A DNA stretch of 64,000 bases from Utricularia gibba (lineage: Eukaryota > Plantae > Magnoliophyta). Shown piece by piece: positions 38,601 through 55,000 of the stretch. Position 1 is the stretch's first letter. Each line of letters begins with the position of its first letter. The notes beneath the pieces are model-generated. The model was not told the origin of the DNA. It saw nothing but the letters and a program-made list of their open reading frames with translations, and did not search any database. Made by a program: the position numbers and the translations under genes. The stretch lies in assembly GCA_002189035.1 (NCBI GenBank), contig NEEC01000018.1:620001-684000 (forward strand), written 5' to 3'.

Positions 38601-39808
38601 TCCATGATTCTTGGGTTGCTGCTAGACTCCAAAATCAGGTTAGACATGGGGTGGGCTAAATCAAAGGATTTAGCTCACTAATTACACTAAAAATCACGTT
38701 TTCCTAAATTATATAAAAACACTTAAAACTATAAAATAAACACTTAAACATAATTAAAAATTTATATTTTTGCATATCCTAAAAAATGAAAATTTGTGTG
38801 TTATCAAGAACTCTATTCCCATGCCTCTTACCGATGACTAGCAGGAAGAAACATAGTTGTTCTTTGACAATTGTTCTACAAGTTGGTCGCACTCCATATT
38901 TGTGTTGCAGAACATTTGCCAACCGATAGAAAACAAATTTTGTCATTCTAAAAATTTCATAGCAATGAGCATTATGGTATCGTAGAATATCTATCAACCA
39001 TTAAGCACATGAATACAACCTTGTACAATACGAAGTTTTCATATATATTGTGCCATAGAAGTTGTTGTCGGCAGCAACAACTTAAACTAATTCCCTTGCA
39101 ATCTCTCTTTCTACCTCTTCACGTGTCGGACAATATGTTGAATGTACACCAAAGGTTTCCATTCTCCCACTACATCTCAAGCTCATAATATTCTAATTAA
39201 ATAAAAAAAAATGACAGGAAGCAGAACAAGCTTTTGATTCCATGGATAATTCATTGAATTCATTTTTACAATGTAATTTTCTCAAATCTCGGAGCAATGA
39301 AGAAACAAAAAATGACATGGAAAACAATTCAACTTACCCTCTTCACACCATTTTAATGTGGGTTAAAGTAAAATATTGGGAAGAACAAATATCCTACTCA
39401 ATTAGCTTACGACATTTTACAATTATAGATAACCACATAAATCATAAATCGGCAACTTAGGATCATCAATTGTAGAACAACACTAGTGAAACTCCAGGAA
39501 AATTTCATAATCATCCGCACTTCATCACATTTAGGTTATTCAATGTCAGACTATTGCAAAATAAATTATAACCCATCAAAACAAGATTGCACCCATCATA
39601 GATATCCTAAAATTAGAATAAAATAATATGTTTTATTATACTTTCATTTAGGATATAATAATCTTTTTACATTCATAAAAATTACTTCAACACAACCCAA
39701 CACAACAAATCCAAATATATACCCTTTTCAACTAAACTACAATTACAACTCAACTCAGCTCACTAACAACAACTACAACTTAACTCTAATTTTTATCCAA
39801 ACATCCCC
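35690..39808 (-). mobile_element. Second decayed PIF/Harbinger element (transposase on -), split by a solo LTR
   Basis: Minus strand: DILRYHNAHCYEIFRMTKFVF...EQLCFFL..IG..HGNRVL (38779-38997), then after the LTR HDSQIL...GKFYLANSRYP..KGFM..Y...YHL..F...ELFNH.HSSL..TIKRTFGVWK (36950-37240). The right end is CCAAACATCCCC+TTA at 39797-39811. The left end is uncertain. Confidence 0.75.
37394..38806 (-). mobile_element. Solo LTR, family B (Athila-like), 1413 bp
   Basis: Runs TGATAAACG...GTGTTATCA with a perfect TSD AGAAC (37389-37393 and 38807-38811). Removing it rejoins the Harbinger transposase. Confidence 0.92.
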
Positions 39809-40799
39809 TTACTCGACCCTAAAACTTTAGAGCCAAGTTCTACAAGTTAAATGTCCAAATCATTATCCATTTTTTGGACTCTAGATTTAAGCTCCTTGGG
39901 GTTTATTGGGTTTAGAGCCAAAGAAACGAATGGGCCTCGAATCATAATTAAAATAATATGTATTAAAAATTTAAAAATTCAAATATTTTTTAAATATAAA
40001 GGATTAAATATTTTTCATATTTTATAATTATTATTTTTATATAAAATTATTTTTAAAACAGGTGGCCAAGAAGTTATAGTATTAAATGTGAATTTATTAT
40101 CATATTTTGCATCTTTTTTATGTGTTTAAATGTAGTTAAATTGTTTAATTATACATTTTTATTTTAATTGTAGGTTTTCTTTATATTAGGATAATTATTT
40201 TTATTATTATACTTTATCTAATCTTTTTTTGAATTTAATTGTGTTTAAGTGTATCGTTATTCGTTATAGGTACATGATAAAAATTAGAAAAACAAAACAA
40301 CATAAGATGACAAACAGGATTTTATTGGAAAATACATCTTTCATGATTTTTAAAAGAACACAAAGTATTAATGATGAGCTTTGACCTGTGAAACATAATT
40401 GCAACTAAAATAAGGATGAGATACACATGATAAAAGGAATGATAATTGATTTATAGTGTAAGAACAACATTAATTGCATGGTTGGATAATTAGATATTTT
40501 TTTATCTTTTCATTTTTCTCACTTTTCCAAAAAAATATCTTTTCCCCACTTTTGCAACCAATCATCATTTCTTTTCCTTACTTTTCTAATTCAATCACTT
40601 ATGAAAAGATAAATTCTAATCTTTTTTCTTAATTTCCATCTTTGCCCCTATCTCGTGTTCTATGATATAAATCATAAAAAAATATTAATAATAGTAAAAT
40701 TATCAAAATATTCAAAATTATGTTTAAAGTATCTAATTTCACAACTAAATACATTAATAAATAAAATATGTGTTATCATGGGTGTACATATAAAATTGC

Positions 40800-41190
40800 A
40801 TCCTAATAATCACCAAAGTTGGACTTGAAACAGATTAAACAACGTCGCTTCCATCGTTGAGTCTTTACTCATGGAAGAGATCAATTACTTTTCCACCTAC
40901 TTTAATTCCGCCTTAATTGGATCAACCCATTGCTATTTGCTAATTCCACTTCAAGATCGCCAATTTTGTTGTATGCTATTTATTGATGAAATGTGGATCG
41001 GATCACCCCCTGAACTTGAGCATAGATCTCCAAGGCAAATCCACCACATGTTTGGAATTTATAGCCATCATACTTCAATTCTAAATTGACGTTTTCCCTT
41101 GCTCCAATGTGTTGTAGAGCATGATGACCAAAATAGGAGTGTGATTCAAGGCACCAAATGCATCCAAGACCAAGCCCACCCAATCATGTT
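40800..41190 (-). mobile_element. Possible LINE ORF2 (post-endonuclease) remnant
   Basis: Only weak motif resemblance across frameshifts (YKFQ-NMWW...GDP...LKWN). Confidence 0.25.
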
Positions 41191-41945
41191 TTATGGTATA
41201 TTGTACTTTGTTGATTGAAACTACATTATTCATTCTGAATATTTAATTCTCATACTTTTATATTTTTTTATAAAAAAAACTTCATATAAAATTAGAAAAG
41301 ATCTCTTTATAAAAATTTTCCATCTATCCCATTCATAATCAATATTTAATACGTCTAAGATTCTTCTATCTTTCATTATGCAGAACTCTTATAGAAAAAT
41401 TAAAAAAGAAAAATAAAGTGACATAAATGAAAAATCTGAATGCAAAAAAAAAAAAAAAACATAAGATCAAATTCTACTTATACCAAACAACAATTTTTTT
41501 TCATTTTTTTAACTATTTTATATTTTTTAAACTGATTATTATCTCAATTAGCATTATATTTTTGTTTAAATTACATTATTTTTGTTGTAAGTTGTTATAA
41601 TTTGAGCAAAAAAAATATATAACCGTCCATTTAAGTAAAAAATAAAAATGAAAATTTCTCAGAATATGGTTTTTTAAAAAAATGAAATAATGAATACTTT
41701 TATTAGTTATGACTCATGAACAATTTTGAGAGAGAGGTTTCTTTGCATGGATTTAAAAAAAGGGTAGTATTGTCTTTTAATATACAACCAATTGTAACAA
41801 TTAAACACATTTTCATTCTATTGTATCTCACGTATTCACAAAATCTTTAAATAACGTTGAAGACACGAAACGCGGCGAAGAGTAAGCAAGTAATTCGTGA
41901 AAGATTCGGTGTATTCCGGAGCGAATATCTCTCTCCGGTGGAGTC

Positions 41946-46225
<4,280 letters not shown>

Positions 46226-47103
46226 ATCAACTCTGGCTTCAGTTCTCTCCCGAGAGTGAACATCGGCTGCGGTTTTTGAACAAGAGAGAACCCACCCCAC
46301 CCTTCATCTGGGCTTACTCTTTGAGACGATTGACTGATTGTTATGGGTATTTTTTGGAACTTCTGAACCAAAAATGCTGTCTTGCCAAAACCAACCTCAG
46401 CCCTGAGCTCTGGTTGGAATCCTTCCTCGAAAACTGCCCCCGTAAAGCACTCACGCTTTTGAAGGGATAGATATCCCAATGGAGTGTAAAAGTGTGGTTT
46501 GGTTTGATAGGTCGATTAGCCATTAAGATTGTGGCTCCAAAGTTTCCAAGTGGAAATGATTTAATGTGTATTTATTTATAGTTAGAAAAAGCTCCTTTAT
46601 TCAGTAAACACGTAACACGTGTTTTAAGGGCAGTGAAATTGAGTAGTTTGGTAGTTAGGGCCTACGGGTGGTTTTTGAAAATGTTTTATTTAAAATAAAT
46701 ATTTGGTAATAAGTTTTATTTTAAACCCATTTTAGATAATTAATGTAAAATAATGTCACATAACTTCAATTTTAAATAAATTATTAAATGTACCCATAAG
46801 GGAAATAAGGAGGATATGCAATATTTTAATGTGGTTAAATTATGATTTTTTTTGGGAATGCTTGTTTTTGTATTACTATCATTATTATTATTATTATTGA
46901 TTGGCAATTTATGCATTAAATAGGAATAACGAAAGGTGTAATAAGTACTAGTTTTATAATTACTGTGACACGAGCAAACTGGAAACTAGGGGTAGGGATA
47001 GAAGCGTCATTGCACATTGTCAAAATTATCCAGGTGTTGCTACATAGAGTTAGACGAATTCGTTCCTTTGAATTACGAAACCGACGAAACAGAAACGCAG
47101 TTT

Positions 47104-47131
47104 ACTCTCTCTCTCTCTCTCTCTCCCTCTC
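47104..47131 (+). repeat. (CT)n microsatellite in the ARID gene 5' leader
   Basis: ACTCTCTCTCTCTCTCTCTCTCCCTCT upstream of a 5'UTR intron (donor near 47173, acceptor at 47718). Confidence 0.85.
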
Positions 47132-47726
47132 CCCAGCCGCTTTTCCCTGGGACCGGAATCCCCGACCTCACCGGTGAGGTTCTGCCGTTCCTGGCAGTTT
47201 CGCGTCTGACTCTGCGCGCTGATACATGGTAAATCGAGCATGTCTCTTCTATTCCTTGTTCCAGATTTGCGGAGTTCTGCCTTCATTTCTTGCGCGTGTG
47301 GCTTTCGCGTTTCTACAATTGTTGGTGTTGAATGAATCAAAAATTGTGCTGTCTATACCGCATGCGGTGGGGCTTGTCTTCTCATGGGCTGTTATGGCTT
47401 TTGGGGAGCGTGGGATGGTTCTTGTTGTTACGTCTGTATGGTGAACCAATTGATTTTTTATTTGAATTTCTATACGAGTGAATCAACCTCTGCGCACTTT
47501 TTTTTGTTTTTATGGTCTCTGAGTCGGCTTCCTGAAATGGTTGTTGGATTTCGTAAATTTACGAGAGTGCATCAATTTTTTTTTTTTCGTTTATTGCTTT
47601 CTTGTTTTATTAGGGTTTTTCTATACGAATGATTCTTTGAGCTTCACGCAGTTTTTTTCTTGAAATTCGTTCAAAGATTCCACCTTTCCACTTTTTTCTT
47701 GCCGTTCGTTGAGGCTAGGTGTCAAG

Positions 47727-50700
47727 ATGAGCCAAAGCGATTTAGAGATGAAGGATGCAGAAAATATTCATTGCGCTTCTGAGCAGAATCCTCAAGACTC
47801 TAAAAGTGAAGTGGTTGACTCCGTGGCTACTGGAGAAGCAGAGACGCTTTCTTGTGTCACAGATGCAAAATCAAATGGCAGTGATAAGCCAGGTGAACCT
47901 AGTGATGAGGAGGAACGAAAAGTTGCATTTGATACGCCACCAAAGGATACTATTAACTTTGAGACTCCAGCTGTTGAGCAAACAGAAGGCCCAGCTCATG
48001 AGCAGATAGTTACTGACACCAATAATGAGATGCTGGCTGATATGAATGCTGAAGAAGATAAAGAAGGTGCCAAGAGAAGCACACTAGATATTGAAGTTGA
48101 TACAAAGGAAGAGGCTTCCAAATTAATGGCTACTGAGACTGTGGAGAAGGAAGGGAAGGCGTGTCTGGATCCTGCAGATGTTGTAAGCGACCTGAAGGAA
48201 GCAGAAGAAATAGTAAATGATGACGCTCGTGAGGGAAAGGTTGAACACATTTCAAACGAGGTCCATAATTTTGTTGAAACCATTGAAGACGTAAAGACCC
48301 AAGAGAGAACTGACAATGATACTAAGGAAATTACCAAACTTCCAGTTGAGGCATCTATTGACAAAACCCCCTGCATAGAAAATGGTTCCCAGCATGACAT
48401 CATGCCAATTAAATATGAACAGATGGAGATGGCTATTGATTCATATGGTAATAAAGAAGATGAGGATGATAGAAAAGGACAGGATGCACTGCCAGTTGTT
48501 TCTAGCCGTGAGAATGAAGAGAATATTAGTCCTGTTGAAACTTCCACAAACATCATCAAAGATTCTTCCCCCACAAACCACCATGAATTTTCGACACCAG
48601 ATGCACATGCCAGGTATTCTCCGGGTAAGGCTGGGGATCATAGCACGGAAATATCAAAGAATGTCTTATCTCCAGCAACACTAGCTCTGGTAACTAACCA
48701 AGGATGCTATCTGCAAGATTAAATAAGTAAATTTCTGAAGCAACCTAAGCTTACATTTTGAATATAAATTGTTTACTGATGTTTTAGATGGGGGGAGATG
48801 ATGATGGAACACTAGAAGACCAAGCTGCTTTTGTTAAAGAAGTTGAAAGTTTTTATCGGGAGAGATCAATTGACTTTAAGCAACCGAAGTTTTATGGGCA
48901 GCCTCTGAATTGTCTGAAGTAATTGTGAATCTCTAATTTTTATTATGACATTTGCTGAGGATAACATTTATTTTCCCCGTGCTGTAGGTTATGGAAGGCT
49001 GTAGTCAAATTGGGAGGCTACGATAAGGTATGCTTGCTTTTGCGTTTTCATGGGCTTATGTGATATTTATGTAGTCAATAAAATAGGAAATCTATTGGGT
49101 AGTCCTTCATTTTCCTGTTTCATAATGGAGTACGCGCTAATTGATATGGGATGATATATTTTCAACTCTTTTTTTTCTTGTCCCATTTTAATTTGACTAG
49201 TGATTTTTATTAAAATTATTGGTTTCTTGTATATTCATAAGTCGCTTCCATTGTTTATCACATGAGCTATCTTAGGTCCAACATGGTTATATTCTCGAAC
49301 TTATTTTGTATAAAAAATGCACATTTATTCACTTGCGGAAAATCGTATGTCTCATATTGTTTTTGCCCCTAATAATGGATTCTTTCGATAGGTAACTGCA
49401 CTGAAGTTGTGGAGGCAAGTGGGAGAGTCCTTCCATCCACCAAAGTAAGAGCCTCAATTTGTGTATTTATTATCATTTTCCTTCTGAAACATGTGGTATA
49501 ACTTGCTTGGCACCCGCCTCTTGATCTTATCATAGTTGTGCTTATATGATATGTTACAAGCCCAAAAGTATGATATGGGCTTTACGTTGCACATTGAAAA
49601 GAAAATATGTTGTGAAGCCCCTTCCAACCATTCAATCTTTGTATCTTCTTCAACTGAGCTATTGGTTGTATTCAAAAGCTTATGGAATTAAGATAACCCG
49701 CTCATCAATGCAGAACTTGCACAACTGTGTCCTGGACATTCCGCATTTTCTATGAGAAGGTAACAATCCCATGAAGCTCGTTTGGTTCTCTTATGAGAGT
49801 GTAAATTTGAGGCAATAAGGATACTTGTTATATTGTGGTCGCATTTGTTTATTCCACTTATATTATGTCCTAATAATTTCCTGCTTTTATTTTTCCATTC
49901 GTTAGTCCCTTCTGGAATTTGAAAGGCAGAAGACACAAAATGGTGAACTCCAACTCCCAATAGCAGGATTTCCTGAAGCTTTAGGTGTTGACGGTGAGGT
50001 ATGTGGGCCTTTTCCATTCTATGAATTTTAGTACCTCTCTTGGATAGTTCACGTAACATTGGTCACCCCATTAATGTTTAGTTATTGCGTTTTCGTATGT
50101 GTATTACCCCATAGAATATGATAGATACCCAGTTTTTCAGGATTCTTATTGAGTAGTAGTCTGTTTCACGTATTGTACTACAGAATGACATAAACTTACA
50201 TCCACATGGTTCTTAACTGGTGTACCTGTAGAGCATTCATAATAATTCTTATAATGACGTTAACATGATTATTTTATTTGTCCTTAGGGAAATGGTTATC
50301 AAGCATCAGGTGCAGGTTCAGGATCAGCGCCAGGAAGAGCTCGAAGGGACTCTGCTGCTCGTGCAATGCAAGGCTGGCACGCTCAACGACTTTTGAACAA
50401 TGATGAGGTTGGCGATCCCATTGTAAAGGTTCGACTTTCTAGCCACTTCGCCTAATTTATTTGTACACAGCTGCTAACCTCTTATTGCGTTTTTCTAAAA
50501 TTTTATTTTCATAGGACAAGAACATCAACAGTGTTGGGAAGCGTGAAAAAACTGTTAAAAGCGGTGGTGAGCTATCTTTCACTTTAACGCGATGGCATTT
50601 TGCAATTGTATTTGATGTCTCCCGGTTGGGCTTTGGCATGTTTTGTCAGCATTTCAACATCAATTTATTAGTCTAAGGGATCTGTCTCTTATATTTAGGT

Positions 50701-51939
50701 ACATTTTTTAGGTTCTCTTATATATTTTGTTTGCATTTCAACACAAGTGTCTCTTATGTCTATTAGGTCCTTTGAAACAAAAGAGGCCTCCTGAAACTGA
50801 GCATTCAAATAAAATCGCCCGTGCTGAAACACCCAAGCAGTTGAGTTTTGCCTATTTCTGGGTTTCTTTTCATCTTTTTTCGACGATTTATTTTACGTTA
50901 TCACGGAATTACATTGAAATCAATTTGAGAACCATACTGGGGAGAATGCTTGAAAGTATTTAACAGTGTTTATCTAATTCTTTTTTGCCACGTCTTGAAA
51001 CTTTTGGGTATCATAGGTTGAAATTATGCATAGTTATCAAACACATTTTAGAACCATCATCCAAGGAAATGGGATTAGTTTGTTTTAAAAGAAATTCCGT
51101 CGATACTCTTTTATTACCAGCTCTTCTCTCATCCCAACTAAAAGATTATGTTTGGTTGGTAGACTGGTAACATCCATTGCTGATGTTGGACCTCCAGCTG
51201 ACTGGGTGAAGATCAACGTACGGCAAACGGTATGTTTTATCTCTGGACCTTTAATATAGTGTATGAGACCAGGGAAGGTTTAGAAATATGCTACTTAGTC
51301 AACCTCACGTTTTTGTACATGCAGCAAGACTGTTTTGAGGTTTATGCCTTAGTGCCTGGGCTGCTACGTGAAGAGGTGATGTGATACCTCTTTTCTGCAT
51401 TGTCTTTCCACTTACACAGTGGACGTTATCTTTCCAGGGTTCTTTTTCATGTTTTTCTGACTGCTAATCTACATGTTTGAAATTTTCATCATCGACGGTT
51501 CAGGTGCGAGTTCAGTCTGATCCTGCTGGGCGGGTTGTCATAACCGGTCAGCCTGAGCAAGTAGATAACCCCTGGGGGATTACACCATTCAAGAAGGTAT
51601 CCTTCCCAGAAACCTGGAATTTTGTCTGTTCATGGATGTCTCCATTTTCCTTGTTTCCATTGTATGCAGTCCATGCTTGTTCCCCCCTCCGGATACTTCT
51701 ATTCGATATTCTTCCCTTATGGTCCTGCCAAAAAACTGAATGGGATTGAACGGAAAAGCATGTGCACTGGCTATTGAACCCGTACAATTTGACCTTTTTT
51801 TATGATTGTCTTACAGGTCGTCAGCCTACCTGAAAGGATTGACCCTCTTCAAACCTCGGCGGTAGTTAGTATGCATGGACGTCTCTATGTTCGTGTTCCT
51901 TTCGAACAGTCTCCTGTGCAGCCCAATGCCCAGACTTGA
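47727..51939 (+). CDS. ARID/BRIGHT DNA-binding protein with C-terminal alpha-crystallin (Hsp20-like) domain
   Basis: Exons: 47727-48689, 48788-48918, 48988-49027, 49392-49444, 49714-49759, 49906-49998, 50288-50428, 50515-50566, 50767-50839, 51163-51229, 51325-51375, 51504-51596, 51817-51939. The ARID motif is KFYGQPLNCLKLWKAVVKLGGYDKV..KLWRQVGESFHPPKTCTTVSWTFRIFYEK. The ACD motif is DVGPPADWVKINV...FEVYALVPGLLREEVRVQSDPAGR...DNPWGITPFKK. All phases are consistent. Confidence 0.92.
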
Positions 51940-52668
51940 ATTATAATTACCAATTTGTGTGGAGCTGTAGACCGAAGCATGCACGAGAAAAAGGGGGATG
52001 CTGGGTCCTTGTAGGTTAGCTGTAACCACTGGCATTCGGCTTGAGTAGTAGGCTTTAGAGCTCTCCTCTTGTTAGATTCAGTCATTAGCAGCAAGCAGAA
52101 ATTGCTGGAGGCTTCTTCTTCGGTTTTGGCCGCCCCCTTTAGCTTAGAGTGGGGTATTGCTAGAGACCAGCCTGTGCACTTTCAATCTTTTGGCCATATT
52201 TCTGTTAGCGTCACTTTGTTGCTCCAGTCCTGACGAATCATTTAACGTGTTATAAGATGTAGCTGATACGTTTTGAGGGTACGTATTAGAGCTCTACCCA
52301 TGCTTCATTATGAATAATACCGTATGTGCGCATCAGGTCTTGTGTTTTATCCCTGGGAACTCCAACTCTTACATGCAAATCGCAGAAGGGAGTCGAACAA
52401 AGAGTAGCAGAAACTTATTTGCAGGCTGTATTGGAGCTCCGGATCCGGAACAGATGATGATGGTGAGTTCGAAACTGATACCATGAATAGCGAGACAAAA
52501 ATCAAACAAACATGTAGAAGCCTGGCGTGGATGCCCGGCCATTAGTAGCGAGTCTGAGGAAGGGGCAGTTGGTCAATGTGGTAGAGGGAGAGGGAGAGGG
52601 AGAGGCCCTGAAGTTACAGCTCACCACCCATCAATCATCACCTGTCACGTCCCTTCAATTTCACCACA

Positions 52669-52688
52669 GACTGACTGACTGACTGACT
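52669..52688. repeat. (GACT)5 microsatellite, with nearby (CA)n at about 52858 and (GAGGGA)n at about 52583
   Basis: Directly visible simple repeats between the convergent ARID and AHL 3' ends. Confidence 0.85.
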
Positions 52689-53546
52689 GGGCGACACGGA
52701 AATTTACTGCTTTTTTTTCTCTTGTAAAAGAACCACCTCGAAAGGTGGCCTAGTTTTTTGTTTTGGAAAGACCATAAGACCCCCCATGGCTTGGTGTTTG
52801 GGAAGGAATATGGACGCCCACGAAAGCCAAGCAGCTGCAGTGGCAGTAGGAGCAGTAACACACACACACACAGCACAGCACAACGGTTGCATGGGATGTC
52901 CATTGACTGAATCGCAGGCAGAATCAAGCACAAACTTATAGGTTGAATAATAGATTTGAAAGGATGCATTCTTCCCTGTGCTCGACCCATCTGAGAGGCA
53001 AAGCATTACTTAGTTCTCCTACAAACCGGCATTTTTGCTTGCTGGGGGCTGCAGCAAAGGCACCCATGACCAGAAAAGAATGTTGGTGCTAAATAGGCAA
53101 GTGCCCAGCAAAATGCCACCGACACTTTCCCCGGCTCGAGTTCAATTTGATTTCAAATCCCTAAAACCCGCCTATCCCAACAGTACAGAAGACGTTCGCC
53201 ACTAAACCCTCATCTCATGCATTCAAAAGCATTTAGGAAAACCGAATGCGGTAACTTGGCCTTCCGGCTACATGGTCTATGCTTCATCATAGTACTGTTT
53301 ACCGCCTTGAGTTTCGTGCATCGGGAGATTAAAGATGGAATCAGACTACCTCTGTAATCACATAAAATAAGGCCAACATAACACAACCTCAGCTACTAGC
53401 GTGTTACCAACGAAAGCTAAATGGTAGAAACTGCTGAAGAAAAGAGTCTGGGATCACATGAAATAAGGCAACAACGTGCCACATAACAATGGAAAACGGA
53501 GTAGAATGGAATGGTTACTGGTTTGGTTGCCAAAATGGTGGCCTTT

Positions 53547-54322
53547 TCAGATGGAAGAACCGCCGCCGCCTCCGCCGCCGCCTCCACGGCGGAACATATC
53601 ACCGGAGAAAGGGAATTCGGCTGATGCGCCGGTAAGCAAACCGCCGATACCGGGGGAATGAGACGGCGATACTTGTGATTGGGGGTTGGTTCTCTCGTCT
53701 TCTTCCTCTAGAGGCAGCCTTTGGAACACTGCATTCGCAAACGAGGCAGCCGTCAAAACCACCGGCCCAGAGGCCATGAGCGGCCCGGCGACGCTCCCTC
53801 CGACGACGTGTCCCTGCCCGCCGGACAGAAAGATCGAAAGGCCGGCGGCTCCAGGCGGCGCCGGGGGCGGCAGAACTGTGCCCCACAGCGACAGTATCTC
53901 GAAGCGCCCCTGCAACGTCACGACGCTCCCCTGGAGCGCACCCGTCTGGCGGAGGGTAACATTCGACACCGACCCGGCGCCGCTCAGAATGGAAACACCC
54001 CTCCCCCTGCGACGCGCGTACACTGACACGCTATCGACGACGTCTTTCCCATCAGCGACTTCAAGCACGTGCGACTGGAGCGCGTTAGGGCTGTCGCGCG
54101 TGAGGAACACCGGCGGCTTGGGTTTGTTCTTGGATCCAGGTGGCCGGCCTCGCGGCCTCCTCCTGCTGCCGGACGATGCCGGCGTGTCGCAATCCCTTTC
54201 CAGCGGCTGGGGACGGGTGACATCCACGTCAGCATTAGAAATCGGGGTTTTTGATTTTGTAGGTGGTGGTGCAGATGGAACTCCGGCGAGAGAAAACCAG
54301 GATGCTGATCGAAACCCGCCAT
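53547..54322 (-). CDS. AHL: Clade-A AT-hook motif nuclear localized protein (AT-hook + PPC/DUF296), ESC/SOB3-like; 1-bp frameshift near codon 26
   Basis: [20 protein letters not shown] (ATG at 54322) shifts frame into ...[31 protein letters not shown]...[43 protein letters not shown]. The CDS is intronless and GC-rich. Confidence 0.9.
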
Positions 54323-54769
54323 TTTATCAGCATCAAACCCGCTGCTGCCGCCGCCCCTAATCCAGTCGTTGTTTGCCAGCTCTCGTTTGAAATCGAACCA
54401 GCAAAATACAAACTCTATCAAACCAAACAAGAGAAACTCATTGCCAAGGAAAACCCAGAACTTGTTCTTGTTCTGGTAGCCGTAGCAGCAGCTCAGCTAG
54501 GGATAGGGTCGACAATATCGAGTAGAAGTCAGAAGACGGGAAAGAAAAGAAAAGAAAAGAAAAGGGAAAGGGAAGGGGGCGATGGATGGGAATGGGAATG
54601 GGATCGGATCCAATCCAATGGATACCTATTTTTATTTTATTTTATTTTATTTTGAACGATATTTTCAATCGATCTTGGGGATAGGGGAAGGGCAGAGCCG
54701 AGCAGAGCGCCGCTTTGAATACGCGGGATTATTTTATTCATATAAATAAATAAAAAAGCAGAGAATTGT

Positions 54770-55000
54770 GGCACGTGGCGAGAAAACTGCCCTCTGATTG
54801 GACGGCAGTGGCGGTGCCCCAACACAACCACGCAAATAATGCCGAATAGGATACCACGTGGGCGACAGCATGTCATTCACATCACTTGTCTAGAAATAAA
54901 GGGGCTTATTATTACCGTGAAATATACAGTCCGCACCGGGTAAGGACGCCCGCACAGTCGAGGGCCCCACAGGTAAGCGAACTTTATGGGCGGGGGGCCC
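54770..55000 (-). promoter_or_regulatory. GC-rich motif cluster upstream of AHL
   Basis: G-boxes CACGTG at 54772-54777 and 54855-54860, CCAAT on - at 54797-54801, and GGGCCC/GGNCCC TCP-like sites at about 54962 and 54994. Confidence 0.45.

Noticed and set aside
47996-48574. 192-aa Ser-rich antisense ORF in ARID exon 1
   Set aside because: It is the antisense shadow of GAA/GAT-rich codons.
53599-54655. Overlapping ORFs of 95-224 aa on both strands of AHL
   Set aside because: They are shadows of a very GC-rich CDS and contain no recognisable domains.
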